A stretch of 64,000 nt of DNA, taken from contig OX597820.1 in assembly GCA_951406725.2 (NCBI GenBank), forward strand, positions 33,046,001 through 33,110,000. The letters run 5' to 3'. Below, one piece after another: positions 52,789 through 64,000 of this stretch; the stretch's first letter is position 1, and each line of letters starts with the position of its first letter. The translations under genes and the position numbers were made by a program. Origin of the DNA: Octopus vulgaris (lineage: Eukaryota). Below the pieces are notes generated by a model. That model had not been told where the DNA came from. It was given only the letters and a program-made list of their open reading frames with translations, and ran no database searches.

Positions 52789-52928
52789 AACACGCTTGAG
52801 TCTAACTAGCGACAGCTGAAGACGGTGGATTTTTCCTTAGGTAGCTTGTCCTGTACTTGTTTTCTTGTTGTAAATTTTTGTTTTTCCCGTTTCTAGGTCT
52901 TGTTGTGGTGTCCTGTACTCACGTATAT
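52788..52928 (+). mobile_element. PLE-like terminal fragment (truncated member of the permuted-motif family)
   Basis: AACACGCTTGAGTC...CGACAG-CTGAAGA...TGTCCTGTACTCACGTATA, following (TA)n. Confidence 0.5.
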
Positions 52929-53086
52929 TTACTTATATATGCATGTATATATACATGTAGATGTAGGTACGTACATATATGTTTGTATGTATGCATATAT
53001 TTTTATTTATTATATTATTGTCTGACAGCGCCTCGCGTCGGGTTCGTTTCGATTCGTCGGTTCGTTCCACTTCTTGTCTCCATTTA

Positions 53087-53131
<45 letters not shown>

Positions 53132-53846
53132 CATACATACATTCTTATATATGTATATATGTATGTATATGCATACATACATACACACATTCAGACACAA
53201 TCGCGCACATACACACACATATGAGATGATAAACGCATATGAATCTAAAGCAGAAGAGATTTAGGTCATCCAAACGAGATATTTATCATCGAGAGTGTAA
53301 ACAACTCCACGAGCAGAAGGGAGTCGGTGCTATGATTTTATGTCTATGTGAAATAGTAAACAAATAGAAAGTATTGGCACCCGCACACAACAAAAAAGGA
53401 TATAATTGTTACGGCATATATATATATATTTATATATAGATAGATAGATATATAGTATCAATATTATTACCCCAAGTACCATTGCGAAGTTCCTGGAGTA
53501 AATCTACGGAAGACAATAGGTAACCTAAACTGTGCCGGTACTTTACTCATTATCTATCTGTACATTTTGTACGTAAAATATAGGGTAGTGAGTGTTTTTT
53601 TTAAAGAAATTTCACTACCAGTGGCCTAGCATGTATAAAGAGTCAACAGACAACATATTCTCAATATAAAATAGTGTACATTTAAGCACAACAGGCAGTT
53701 TTTGTGCACGCTAGAAGAAGTAGTCAAAACGACCAAAACCGCACTTAATATCAATCTTCAAAAGGAATGAAAAATAGAAACTTTTACTTTGTTGAAGGCA
53801 GTTTTCTCTTGTGTTTAAATGTACACTATTTTATATAGATTTTGTA

Positions 53847-53908
<62 letters not shown>

Positions 53909-53917
53909 GTCTATCTG

Positions 53918-53988
<71 letters not shown>

Positions 53989-54027
53989 GTCTATCTGTCT
54001 ATCTGTCTATCTATCTATCTGCCTGTG

Positions 54028-54069
<42 letters not shown>

Positions 54070-54358
54070 TGTCTGTCTGTCTGTCTAAATTTATAATAAT
54101 AAGGGTGAAAAGTTGAATATTAATTTGATTAATATCAGTTTAAAACCAGTGGTCTAGAATATAGAAAAATCTGAAGATTCAGAAAAATTATATTACATAC
54201 ATATAAGGGGATGACCACTAGGTGGACATCCATCATGCTAGAAGTCGACCCCTATGGTCATACCTCTAAGAAAGGAATGTTGTAGCATAATGGATGTCCA
54301 CTTAGTATTAATCTCTCTTATATGTATGTATCTTACTATCTATCAATCTATCTATCTA

Positions 54359-54417
<59 letters not shown>

Positions 54418-54448
54418 ATGTATGTATGTATGTATGTATGTATGTATG

Positions 54449-54479
<31 letters not shown>

Positions 54480-54494
54480 GTATGTATGTATGCA

Positions 54495-54725
54495 TTGAGC
54501 AAGCTCCCTTGGAACGAACAAAATGGAGATCGTCATGTCAAAATTGCCTAAGACACTTTGTGTCAACCAGCATTAACAGGCTTAAGGGCGCAAGGCAAAG
54601 GAGAAAACAGCTACAAATATGCTGCCTGTACTGATTCGTAATACTCATACTCGCAACAGCTGCAGGCTTCTTTGCAAATCATTGCTGGGACTCAAATGTC
54701 ACATTCGTCATAACCACTATGATTG
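54495..54725 (+). mobile_element. RTE-like LINE 3' fragment
   Basis: [14 protein letters not shown]...ARQRRK, then frameshifted NSCRLLCKSLLGLKCHIRH (zinc-finger-like tail). Confidence 0.6.
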
Positions 54726-54754
54726 ACAAAGAAAGTGTAGTATATCGGATCCAT

Positions 54755-54786
<32 letters not shown>

Positions 54787-54815
54787 GCATACATACACAC
54801 ACACACACACACACA

Positions 54816-54859
<44 letters not shown>

Positions 54860-54877
54860 CACACATACATACATACA

Positions 54878-54911
<34 letters not shown>

Positions 54912-55117
54912 CATACATACATACACACATACATACATACATACATACATACAAACGTACATACATACAAACGTACATGTCACTTTATTTGGTATCTTTT
55001 CATTTGTCTTGCTCGCTAAATGTAGATCCCGTATGGTCGACCACTGAGAAAAATTGTTCTCACAGAAAATAATATCTGTATATATCATATATTATATATT
55101 ATATATATATATAGACA

Positions 55118-55284
55118 TAGGCGCAGGAGTGGCTGTGTGGTAAGTAGCTTGTTTACCAACCACATGGTTCCGGGTTCAGTCCCACTGCGTGGCATCTTGG
55201 GCAAGTGTCATCTACTATAGCCTCGGGCCAACCAAAGCCTTGTGAGTGGATTTGGTAGACGGAAACTGAAAGAAGCCCGTCGTA

Positions 55285-55340
<56 letters not shown>

Positions 55341-55602
55341 CATACACACACACACGTTTGTATGTATGTATGTATGTATGTATGTATGTATGTGCATGTG
55401 TGTGTTTGTCTCCCTAGCATTGCTGGACAACCGATGCTGGTGTGTTTATGTCCCCGTTACTTAGCGGTTCGGCAAAAGAGACCGATAGAATAAGTACTGG
55501 GCTTACAAAAGAATAAGTCCCGGGGTCGTGTTGCTCGCTTAAAGGCGGTGCTCCAGCATGGCCGCAGTCAAATGACTGAGACAAATAAAAGAGTAAAAAG
55601 AG
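55118..55602 (+). mobile_element. Full-length near-consensus SINE family A
   Basis: GGCGCAGGAGTGGCTGTGTGG...GGTTCAGTCCCACTGCG...TTGGGCAAGT (CORE-like)...internal microsatellite...AAAAGAGT tail. Confidence 0.92.
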
Positions 55603-55815
55603 TATAGGCTGTGTGCTAAGAAGTTTGCTTCCCAACCACAAAATTTCGTGTTCAGTCCCACTGCGTGACATTTGGGCAAGTTGTTTTCTACTATTAGACC
55701 CAAACCAAGCAAAGTCTTCTGAGCAGATTTTGTAGATGGAAACTGAAAGAAGCCCGATATATATATATGTGTGTGTGTGTGTGTATACACACACACACAT
55801 ATGTATATATATATA

Positions 55816-56332
55816 TCTATATATATAAAACTGTAGTTGTGTGAGTGTCTGTCTCCTACGATTTAGATTCCTAACTCCTCCCACATTTTGCGGTGCAGTT
55901 TAACCAAATTCGGGTATCTTATAGTCGTGATTAATATCGAGCCTGTCTGGCTATTAGCGCGCGTCTACGATGAGTCTACGATTTTAAAAATAATTTAACA
56001 TCATTTTTTATTCCATTTTAATGCATGATTTTTCGTGTGTCGATGGCGGCGGAGTTGGCGTCCACGCTCAAACACCTGCACCTGTGTTTGCTTCTCCCCC
56101 TTCTTCCCTCCCTCGTGAAGCTGTGGGGAAGGCAGTGTAAGGAAATCAACGTCGTAATGCGTTGTCAAGGAGACCAGCGTTCTTTTAGAACAACGACTTC
56201 ATGGCTTGAAGACACCAAAACAGAAATGGCTAAGAAAGCCCGAATTGGCATCTATAAAGGAAGTAACTCTCTAAAAATGCTTATATAGTTATTTCCCTTA
56301 CAAAACCGAGCAACGCCGGGCGATACTGCTAG
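55816..56332 (+). mobile_element. Non-autonomous Helitron
   Basis: 5' TCTATATATATAAAAC; 3' CCGAGCAACGCCGGGCGATACTGCTAG; inserted between A and T. Confidence 0.82.
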
Positions 56333-56884
56333 TATATATATACGTATGTGTGTATGTATGTATGTATGTATGTATAAACACATACACACACATACACGCT
56401 TTACTTTTGTTTTCGACATAACTTATGGCATTCCAAAGGAAAACAAAAACAGAGATAAGCAGTTTAAACGGTTGAGACAGATAAAAAGACAAAAACAAAT
56501 AAAGAAAGAAAAAAGGAGACACACAGCGGAATACTACACAGGCAGTCAGACGTTGAGAAAGACCGGCAGACACCCAGACATGCAGGCATGAACTGAACTG
56601 AACATTCCAAGCCCTCATTCTGTCTATAATTGATGAATTATTTCCCTATCATCAGATAATAAACAATTTGTAACACTATCTCTGCTTCTCTCTCTCACTC
56701 CACTTTCCTCTGTCTGTCTGTCTGTCAGTTTTTTCTCTCCTTCTCTGTGTGTCTGTGCTTGTGCGTGTTCGTGTTCGTGTGCGCATGCGTTTATTGTGTG
56801 TGTGTGTGTGTTTAATCTCTTACCTTCCGTATGTGCGTACGCGTTCGCACACGCATATACGGGTAGAATCTCTAGTAGGACGCT

Positions 56885-57155
56885 TATACTCTTTACTCTC
56901 CCTCTTTTACTCTTTTACTTGTTTCAGTCATTTGACTGCGGCCATGCTGGAGCACCACCCTTAATCGAATAAATCGTGCCCAAGACTTATTGTTTCTAAG
57001 CCTAGTACTTATACTGTCGGTATCTTTTTGCCGAACCGCCATGTTAAAACACATCAACATCGGTTGTCAACCGATGGTGGGACAAGCACAGACACAAATA
57101 ACGAATACATACATACATACATACATACATACATACACACGCACACACAAACACA

Positions 57156-57217
<62 letters not shown>

Positions 57218-57360
57218 CACACACAATATTTTCGTCTATCAAATCCAGCACGAGGCTATAGTAGAAGACTCTTGCCCACGGTGCCATGCAGTGGCACTAA
57301 ACCCGGAATCTTGTGGTTGGGAAGCAAGCTTCTTACCACTCAGTCACTCCTGTGCCTATA
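56885..57360 (-). mobile_element. SINE family A
   Basis: Homology to other family A copies. Confidence 0.85.
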
Positions 57361-57371
57361 GGAAACTTTAA

Positions 57372-57443
57372 TGACGACGACGTGATTCGAACACGTAGCC
57401 TTCTGATCATGAGTCAGACGCTCTAACGTTGCGCCACAGGATC
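57372..57443 (-). pseudogene. tRNA-Trp-body pseudogene with a CAT anticodon
   Basis: 72 nt: GATCCTG TG GCGCAACGTTAGAGC G TCTGA CTCATGA TCAGA AGGCT ACGTG TTCGAAT CACGT CGTCGTC A. Two acceptor-stem mismatches; D-loop GG is changed to GT. Confidence 0.8.
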
Positions 57444-57666
57444 ATATATACATATCTTTTACTTGCCTCAGTCATTGGACTGCCTTCATGCTGGGGCATC
57501 ACCTTGAAGGGTTTTAACTGAACAAACCGATCCCAGTACCTAAGATGGTTTTGTAAGGAATGGTACTTATTCCATCGATATCCTTTGCCGAATGTCTAAG
57601 TTACAGGGACGTAAACACATCGACACCGGTGGTTGTGAGACAAACACCAACACTTACACACACTCA

Positions 57667-57981
57667 TAATCCATTGGACTATAACATGCGCAGCGTTGTT
57701 GAGAGAGAGGTCAATGAACACGTCCATAACACCAAAGATTCTTTGAAAGCTGCCATAGTCAGAGTAATGTACAAAATAAACCAGGACCATTTGATTTGAG
57801 CATGTAGATGATTTAAATCTCATATAGAAGCAGTTGTTGAAGCTGTAGGTGACTTTATTGAATAACATTAGAGAAAGAAGGTTTATTTTTATCCTTATAG
57901 CATTTTTTTATTAAAGTTATTATCTGTTATTATATATCTGTTTCTTTTTTATAAACACAAATGTCTTAAAATATCTTATGC

Positions 57982-57987
<6 letters not shown>
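57667..57987 (+). mobile_element. Tc1/mariner-superfamily (maT/DD37D-like) 3' fragment
   Basis: NPLDYNMRSVVEREVN..HNTKDSLKAAIVRVM...IEAVVEAVGDFIE*; ends in ...TGCACCCT(A)-TA. Confidence 0.7.
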
Positions 57988-58043
<56 letters not shown>

Positions 58044-58051
58044 TGTATGTA

Positions 58052-58104
<53 letters not shown>

Positions 58105-58213
58105 ACAATAATAACAAAGGGTAAAATTAATTAATTTAGAAGTAATCAGTAATTTCACCAAGTAGAATTCGGCCTGAAAAAGGACCATTTCACGGTAAAC
58201 TTAAGTAATACTT

Positions 58214-58555
58214 TATAATTAGGGTTCAGCAAAGATTTGCTTTACTACATACCGAAGTTTAGAAATAGCAGCCAAAAAAACCTTAGCTATTTCTTCTACT
58301 TTAAAAAAGGGACACCCAGAAAAACCAAAATACTTGAAAACAATCCACGCAGGCAGAGAGGAAAAATAACGAAAATCATGGGTGACCAGATATAGACTGA
58401 TTTTCTTTATTTTTCTTCTCTGTCTGCGTGGATTGTTTTCAAGTATTTTGGTTTTTCTGGGAGTCCCTTTTTAAAGTAGAAGAAATAGCTAAGGTTTTTG
58501 GCTGCTATTTCTAAACTTCGGTATGTGGTAAAGCAAATCTTTGCTGAACCCTAAT

Positions 58556-58559
<4 letters not shown>
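58214..58559. repeat. Inverted repeat with arms of about 165 bp, PLE-like context
   Basis: Arms 58214-58378 and 58398-58559, with few mismatches; adjacent to (TA)n. Confidence 0.9.
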
Positions 58560-58603
<44 letters not shown>

Positions 58604-58649
58604 TGTATGTATGTATGTATGTATCTATCTATCTATCTATCTATTTATG

Positions 58650-58729
<80 letters not shown>

Positions 58730-58934
58730 ATTTATCTATCTACTCGGGAATTACGTTGAGAGTATGCATGTTTTGGCGTGTTCAACAAGCACGTTAATTT
58801 CACGACCAGGTTGTTCCGTTGATCAGATCAACTGGAACCCTCGCTATCTTAACCGTCAGCGTGCCAATGCGAATACATATATACATACATACATATATAC
58901 ATATATACATATATACATATATACATATACATAT

Positions 58935-59020
<86 letters not shown>

Positions 59021-59206
59021 ATATAGGATAAAAAAATTTTTCGGGAAAAAAATTTTATCAATGGCCAGCATATCAAAAAATGCCTTTAAAGGTAAAATTT
59101 ATACATAATTTACAAGATAAGGGCAGAAGAAAAATTCTAATGCCAGATACGCCAAAACAAAAAATTGTCGAAACAAACCGATAGAAATCTCTAAAAAAAT
59201 TCGTTA

Positions 59207-59267
59207 TTACCGTATTGGTCCAATTTCGGGGTTAATTCACAAGAAATTTTCCCCTCTTCAGCGGCAA
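59207..59267 (-). ncRNA. Type-I hammerhead ribozyme motif in a PLE-like fragment (about 59020-59540)
   Basis: Minus strand: TTGCCG-CTGAAGA-GGGG...CCCC-GAAA-TTGGACCAAT-A-CGGTAA. All three stems pair; AUA site. Confidence 0.82.
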
Positions 59268-59612
59268 ATACGCGAGATATAAATGAAATACTTACTCATA
59301 CCCATGGAAGAAGCAAGCACCAAGTCCCGAGCAGACTTAAGTACCCCAAATATATCCAAAATAGATATCAATTATAAATAGATTAGTGTTCACCTCCGGA
59401 TTCTATCACTCTGTGAAAGTTTCTAGTTCGAATCACACGTGTCTCGAGGTGCGCCGAAGATTTTTCATTTACTGATACGTATCATATGAAAGATACATGA
59501 ATATTATATACACAAAAATGAGCGATAGATATCACAATTCTATGATATATATATGTATATAAATTATGTATATATATGTATATAAATTATGTATATATAT
59601 ATGTATATAAAT

Positions 59613-59643
<31 letters not shown>

Positions 59644-59681
59644 GTCTCTCTCTCACTCTCTTTCTCTCTCTATTTCTCTCT

Positions 59682-60047
59682 TTCTTCATGTATATGTATG
59701 TATGTATATATATATATATATATATGTATGTATAATGTCATATCAATGATAATCATATATGTTTTCACCAGCAATAACATTTTTTCATGAGTGACATTAA
59801 AAATATCACAAATATGAAGAAATATGAAATGGCCGCTAAATATGTCGTCATATATATCGTATTCTACTCTAGGCATATGGCCTGTAATTTTTGCGGCCAT
59901 TTGATATTTCTTCATATTTGTGATATTTTTAATGTCACTCATGAAAAAATGTTATTGCTGGTGAAAACATATATGATTATCATTGATATGACATTATACA
60001 TACATATATATATATATACACATACATACATACATATACATGAAGAA
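59682..60047. repeat. Near-perfect inverted repeat with arms of about 158 bp
   Basis: Arms 59682-59840 and 59889-60047; the track shows mirror ORFs MSDIKNITNMKKY on both strands. Confidence 0.92.
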
Positions 60048-60517
60048 CTACACAACCAATTTCGTTCAGATTTTACACATGCCTTACTGAGTGTCCAATG
60101 TGTGTCATGGGCTCGCTCTGGGCGCCATTGCGGCGACTGTCCACAGCTACCGGCCCACAGTCGACGTAATGGCTCTGGTAACACTTTAACAGTTGGCTTG
60201 GCTTGGCTTGGCTGGTACTTAATTTATCGATCCCAAAAGGATGAAAGGCAAAGTCGACCTCGGCGGAATTTGTACTCAGAACATAAAGACAGATGAAACA
60301 CCGCTAAGCATTTCGCTCGGCGGGCTAACGTTTCTTTTCCACTCTAGGCACAAGGCGCGAAATTTTGGGAGAGAGGGCCAGTCGATTATATCGACCCCAC
60401 TACGCAACAGGTACTTCCCCCTGAGTGGAACCTTGGGCAAGTGTCTTCCACCATAGCCTCAGGCAGACCAAAGCTTTTTGAGTAGATTTGGTAGACGGAA
60501 ACTGAAAGAAGCCCGCC

Positions 60518-60565
<48 letters not shown>

Positions 60566-60815
60566 GCGTGTGTGTGTGTTTGTTTATGTGTGTGTTTATG
60601 TATGTGTGTTTTAGCATCTGTGTTTGTCCCCGCCCACCATGATGTTGGTGTGTTAACGTACCCGTAACGTAGCGGTTCGGCAGAACAGACCGGTAAAATA
60701 AGTAATAAGCTTATATAGAATAATCCTGGGGTCGGTTTCTTCGACTAAAACCTTTTAAGACGGTGCTCCATCATGGCCGCAGGGAAATGACTGAAACATG
60801 CAAAAGAATATATAC

Positions 60816-60846
<31 letters not shown>

Positions 60847-60925
60847 GAGAGAGAGAGACAGAGAGAGAGACAGAGAGAGAGAGCGATAGATAAATAGATA
60901 GACAGATAGATTGATTGATAGATAG

Positions 60926-61011
<86 letters not shown>

Positions 61012-61275
61012 AAAGGAGCACTCCATCGGTTACGACGTCGAGGGTCCCAGCTGATACGATCAACAGAACAGCTTGCTCGTGAAATTAACGTAAAAGTGGC
61101 TGAGCACTCCAGAGACACGTGCACCCTTAACCCAATTCTCAGGGAGATTCATCGTGACTCAGAGTGTGACAAAGCTGGCCCTCTGAAATAAAGTTACTAC
61201 TCATTTTTGCCAGCTGAGTGGACTGGAGCAACGTGAAATAAAGTGTCTTGATCAAGGACACAACGCTTCGCCTGG

Positions 61276-62126
61276 AAAGACAGTTGCTCCCATAAATACC
61301 AAAATTAAATGTTGAATTTATGAAGGGTCAAAGTTAGGAACAAAAACAGGACAGTGGAGATATACAAGGAAACCGAATGAAAACAAACATGGTGGGTCGT
61401 TATACCTGAACGAGGGGAAAATAGTGAATGCCAAGAGAAATATTTTCTTTGAAAAGAGAAAAGATAGAAAAAAGATATAGGAGACATCCAGTCCTTAGAA
61501 CATCCGTGCAGGGAAGAAAGATGGTCACATGAGGAAACGAAAGATGGACGATGGTCACGTGTGAGCAACGAGAGAGAGAGAGAGAGATAAGAGAAAGACG
61601 GGAAGAGACACAGATAGATAGAAAACGGTGAAAGGAAGAAAAAAGAAATTATATAGGATAGGGGAGAAACCAGTATAGAGTAGAGTCGCATCAGAAAGGT
61701 TAAGATAAACTTACTTGGAAATGGATGCGTGGCGTTCAATTGAATAATAATATAAATGATAATGTTTTCGTTCCTAACTTTGACCCTCCATAAACCCAAA
61801 ATTTTATTTTGGTATTTATGGGAGCAACTGTCTTTGAAGATTCATATTGTCGTTGATTGCTCGAAATAGGGATTAGATAGACAGCCGACAACTGATGAAG
61901 GGTCATTCATTGTATTACTTGTCCTTTTTCTCTCTCGTTATTTGCATATTTAACTCATTTGTTTTCGTATTTTTTCATGTTTACCCTTGGTGACGTCCTG
62001 TAACCATATATCTACGAAATCCGCCAGCCCAATGATTTCCCTTCGTGGCAGAATAGTCAAGACTATTTAAGCATTTTATCCTATGTATGAAATTTTAAGG
62101 CGTTTCCCTTATTTTGTCCAACCCCT

Positions 62127-62130
<4 letters not shown>
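61276..62130 (+). mobile_element. PLE-like composite with a 30-bp inverted repeat and permuted hammerhead-like motif
   Basis: IR 61276-61305/61806-61835; motif at 61847-61904; terminus GACGTCCTGTAACCATATA; (TA)n downstream. Confidence 0.5.
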
Positions 62131-62200
<70 letters not shown>

Positions 62201-62456
62201 GATGTTTATTGGAAAGGACAAGAGAAATGCTCGTAATTATCGTATTACCGTTGCGCTGCATTTTCACATTATTATACATCTGCTTGTTGTGGCAGTGATG
62301 CTAGTGGTCATAGTAGTGATAGCGGCGTCGGTGGCGGCAGCGGTGGTAGCGCTGTGGTGATGTTAGTGATGGTGTTGTTGATAATCGGAATATTGGTGAT
62401 TGGTGCGTGCTCATATCTAGAATACCTTGACTGGCCAAGGGTTAAACAATAAAGGC

Positions 62457-62487
<31 letters not shown>

Positions 62488-62562
62488 GTAGCAGCAACAG
62501 CTAATACCTCGACCTACAAGAAATAGCATTCAAATCTCTTTGATATTATTAGACTCAGCCTA

Positions 62563-62835
62563 AGGCGGCGAGCTGGCAGAAACGTTAGCACGTCGGGTGA
62601 AATGCGTAGCCGTTACGTTCTGGGTTCAAATTCCAATGCGGTCGACTTTGCCTTTCATCCTTTCGGGGTCGATTAAATAAGTACCAGTTACGCACTTGGG
62701 TCGATATAATCCACTAAATCCGTTTGTCTGTTCTTGTTCGCCCCCTCTGTGTTTAGCCCCTTGTGGGTAGTAAACAAATAGGTATTTCGTCTGCCGCTAC
62801 GTTTTGAGGGCCCTGTGCCACCAGTAGAAAGGATT
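62563..62835 (+). mobile_element. SINE family B
   Basis: Head, body and the start of a second unit (GAAATAGGTATTTCGTCTGCC-type junction). Confidence 0.88.
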
Positions 62836-62896
62836 ATTATGCTCAACCGTCTAAAAAGAGAACTCTGGATAGTATAGTCTTAGATACGCTGTGTGA

Positions 62897-63228
62897 AGGC
62901 GCATGGCCCAGTGGTTAGAGCGTCGAACTTACGATCGTGAGGTTGTGAGTTCGAATCCCGGACCGGGCTGCGTGTTGTGTTCTTGAACAAGACACTTTAT
63001 TTCATGTTACTCCAATTCACTCAGATGTAGAAATGAGTTGCGACGTCACAGGTGCCAAGCTTTATCGGCCTTTGCCGTTTCCTTGGATAACACTGGTGGC
63101 GTGGAGAGGGGAGGCCGATATGCGTGGGCGACTGCTGGTCTTCCATAAACAACCTTGACTGGACTTGTGCCTGGGAGGGTAACTTTCTAAGTGCAATCCC
63201 ACGGTCATTCATGACCGAAGTGGGTCTC
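62897..63228 (+). mobile_element. Full-length SINE family C
   Basis: tRNA-like head GGCGCATGGCCCAGTGGTTAGAGCG...GAGTTCGAATCC; body TTCTTGAACAAGACACTT. Confidence 0.88.
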
Positions 63229-64000
63229 AATAGACACACTGTGTTTGATGAAAAAAAACACAAAAGACATTTATAAAGTCTTTGATCAAAGTTTATCCTG
63301 GTCTAAAGAACAACAACAAAAACAACAGAATCATCTCGCATATTCTTCCAGCTTTTCTGTCAATTTTCACATTGTTATATATTTCATCGTTTTCTTGTTT
63401 CAGTCTTTAGACTGCGGCGATACTGGGGTACTTTATTAAAGGATTTTAGTCGAACGAATCAACTTATTCAACTTATTTTACCGTTCTCCTTTATGCCGAA
63501 CCGCTAGTTCTTAAACAAAAACTTAAACAAACCAACACCGGGTGTCAAGTGGAAAACAAACACACACATACACACGGACATATACGACGGGCTTCTTTTA
63601 TTTTCCGTCTACCAAATGCACCGAGAAGGTTTTGATCGGCCTGGTGCACTGGTATTCATTTGCCTCCAAGATTGGGTCAACATAAAATTATCTTAATAAT
63701 AAATAAATATATAACTCAGACCAGGAATTGAAACCACGACCTTAAGATGGTCGTGGTTCAAAATCTTTAATTACTAAACCACACCATGAAGTGTTTTATT
63801 CAAACGGAAGAAAAATGTCATTGAGTGCCAAGACTAGGAAGTGAACCTAGGACGTTATGATCATAGCATCTTGAGCTCAACCACTGATTCAAGACCGTCG
63901 CTATATTGAATATGCTATTTAAACCGAATTGAAAAAGCTACAACGTTTGAAATATTAATGATACGTCTTTCTCGTCAAATATGACCTTGGATCAGATAAA

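Noticed and set aside
59670-60296. Twin ORFs starting MSDIKNITNMKKY on both strands
   Set aside because: A consequence of the inverted duplication; both run into microsatellite or SINE sequence.
62897-62970. tRNA-like sequence as a functional tRNA gene
   Set aside because: It is the head of SINE family C and has no acceptor stem. Decayed tRNA-like bits at 63715-63900 are too degenerate to call.

Overview
This is repeat-saturated, AT-rich eukaryotic DNA, either intergenic or deep intronic. It is most likely from an octopod cephalopod, inferred from the tRNA-derived SINE families and the very high (TA)n/(CA)n/(TATG)n/(ATCT)n density. No intact host gene is recognisable, and almost all ORFs in the track are microsatellite or SINE artefacts. 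The window holds three SINE families; LINE remnants (Dong/R4-like, RTE-like, and an L1/Tx1-ORF1-like piece); Tc1/mariner remnants; non-autonomous Helitrons; hAT-, pogo- and piggyBac-like MITEs; a short solo LTR; two tRNA pseudogenes; and one orphan exon-like ORF. The most striking feature is about ten hammerhead-ribozyme motifs in several unrelated Penelope-like fragments inserted at TA microsatellites. Three further fragments carry the hammerhead core in permuted order (GAAA before CUGAnGA) with a possible covarying pseudoknot. Other notable items are MITEs with 8-bp target duplications that carry TTAGGG telomeric arrays, several long near-perfect palindromes, and microhomology-flanked templated insertions copied from about 1 kb upstream. 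All calls come from manual reading; no search or folding program was run.
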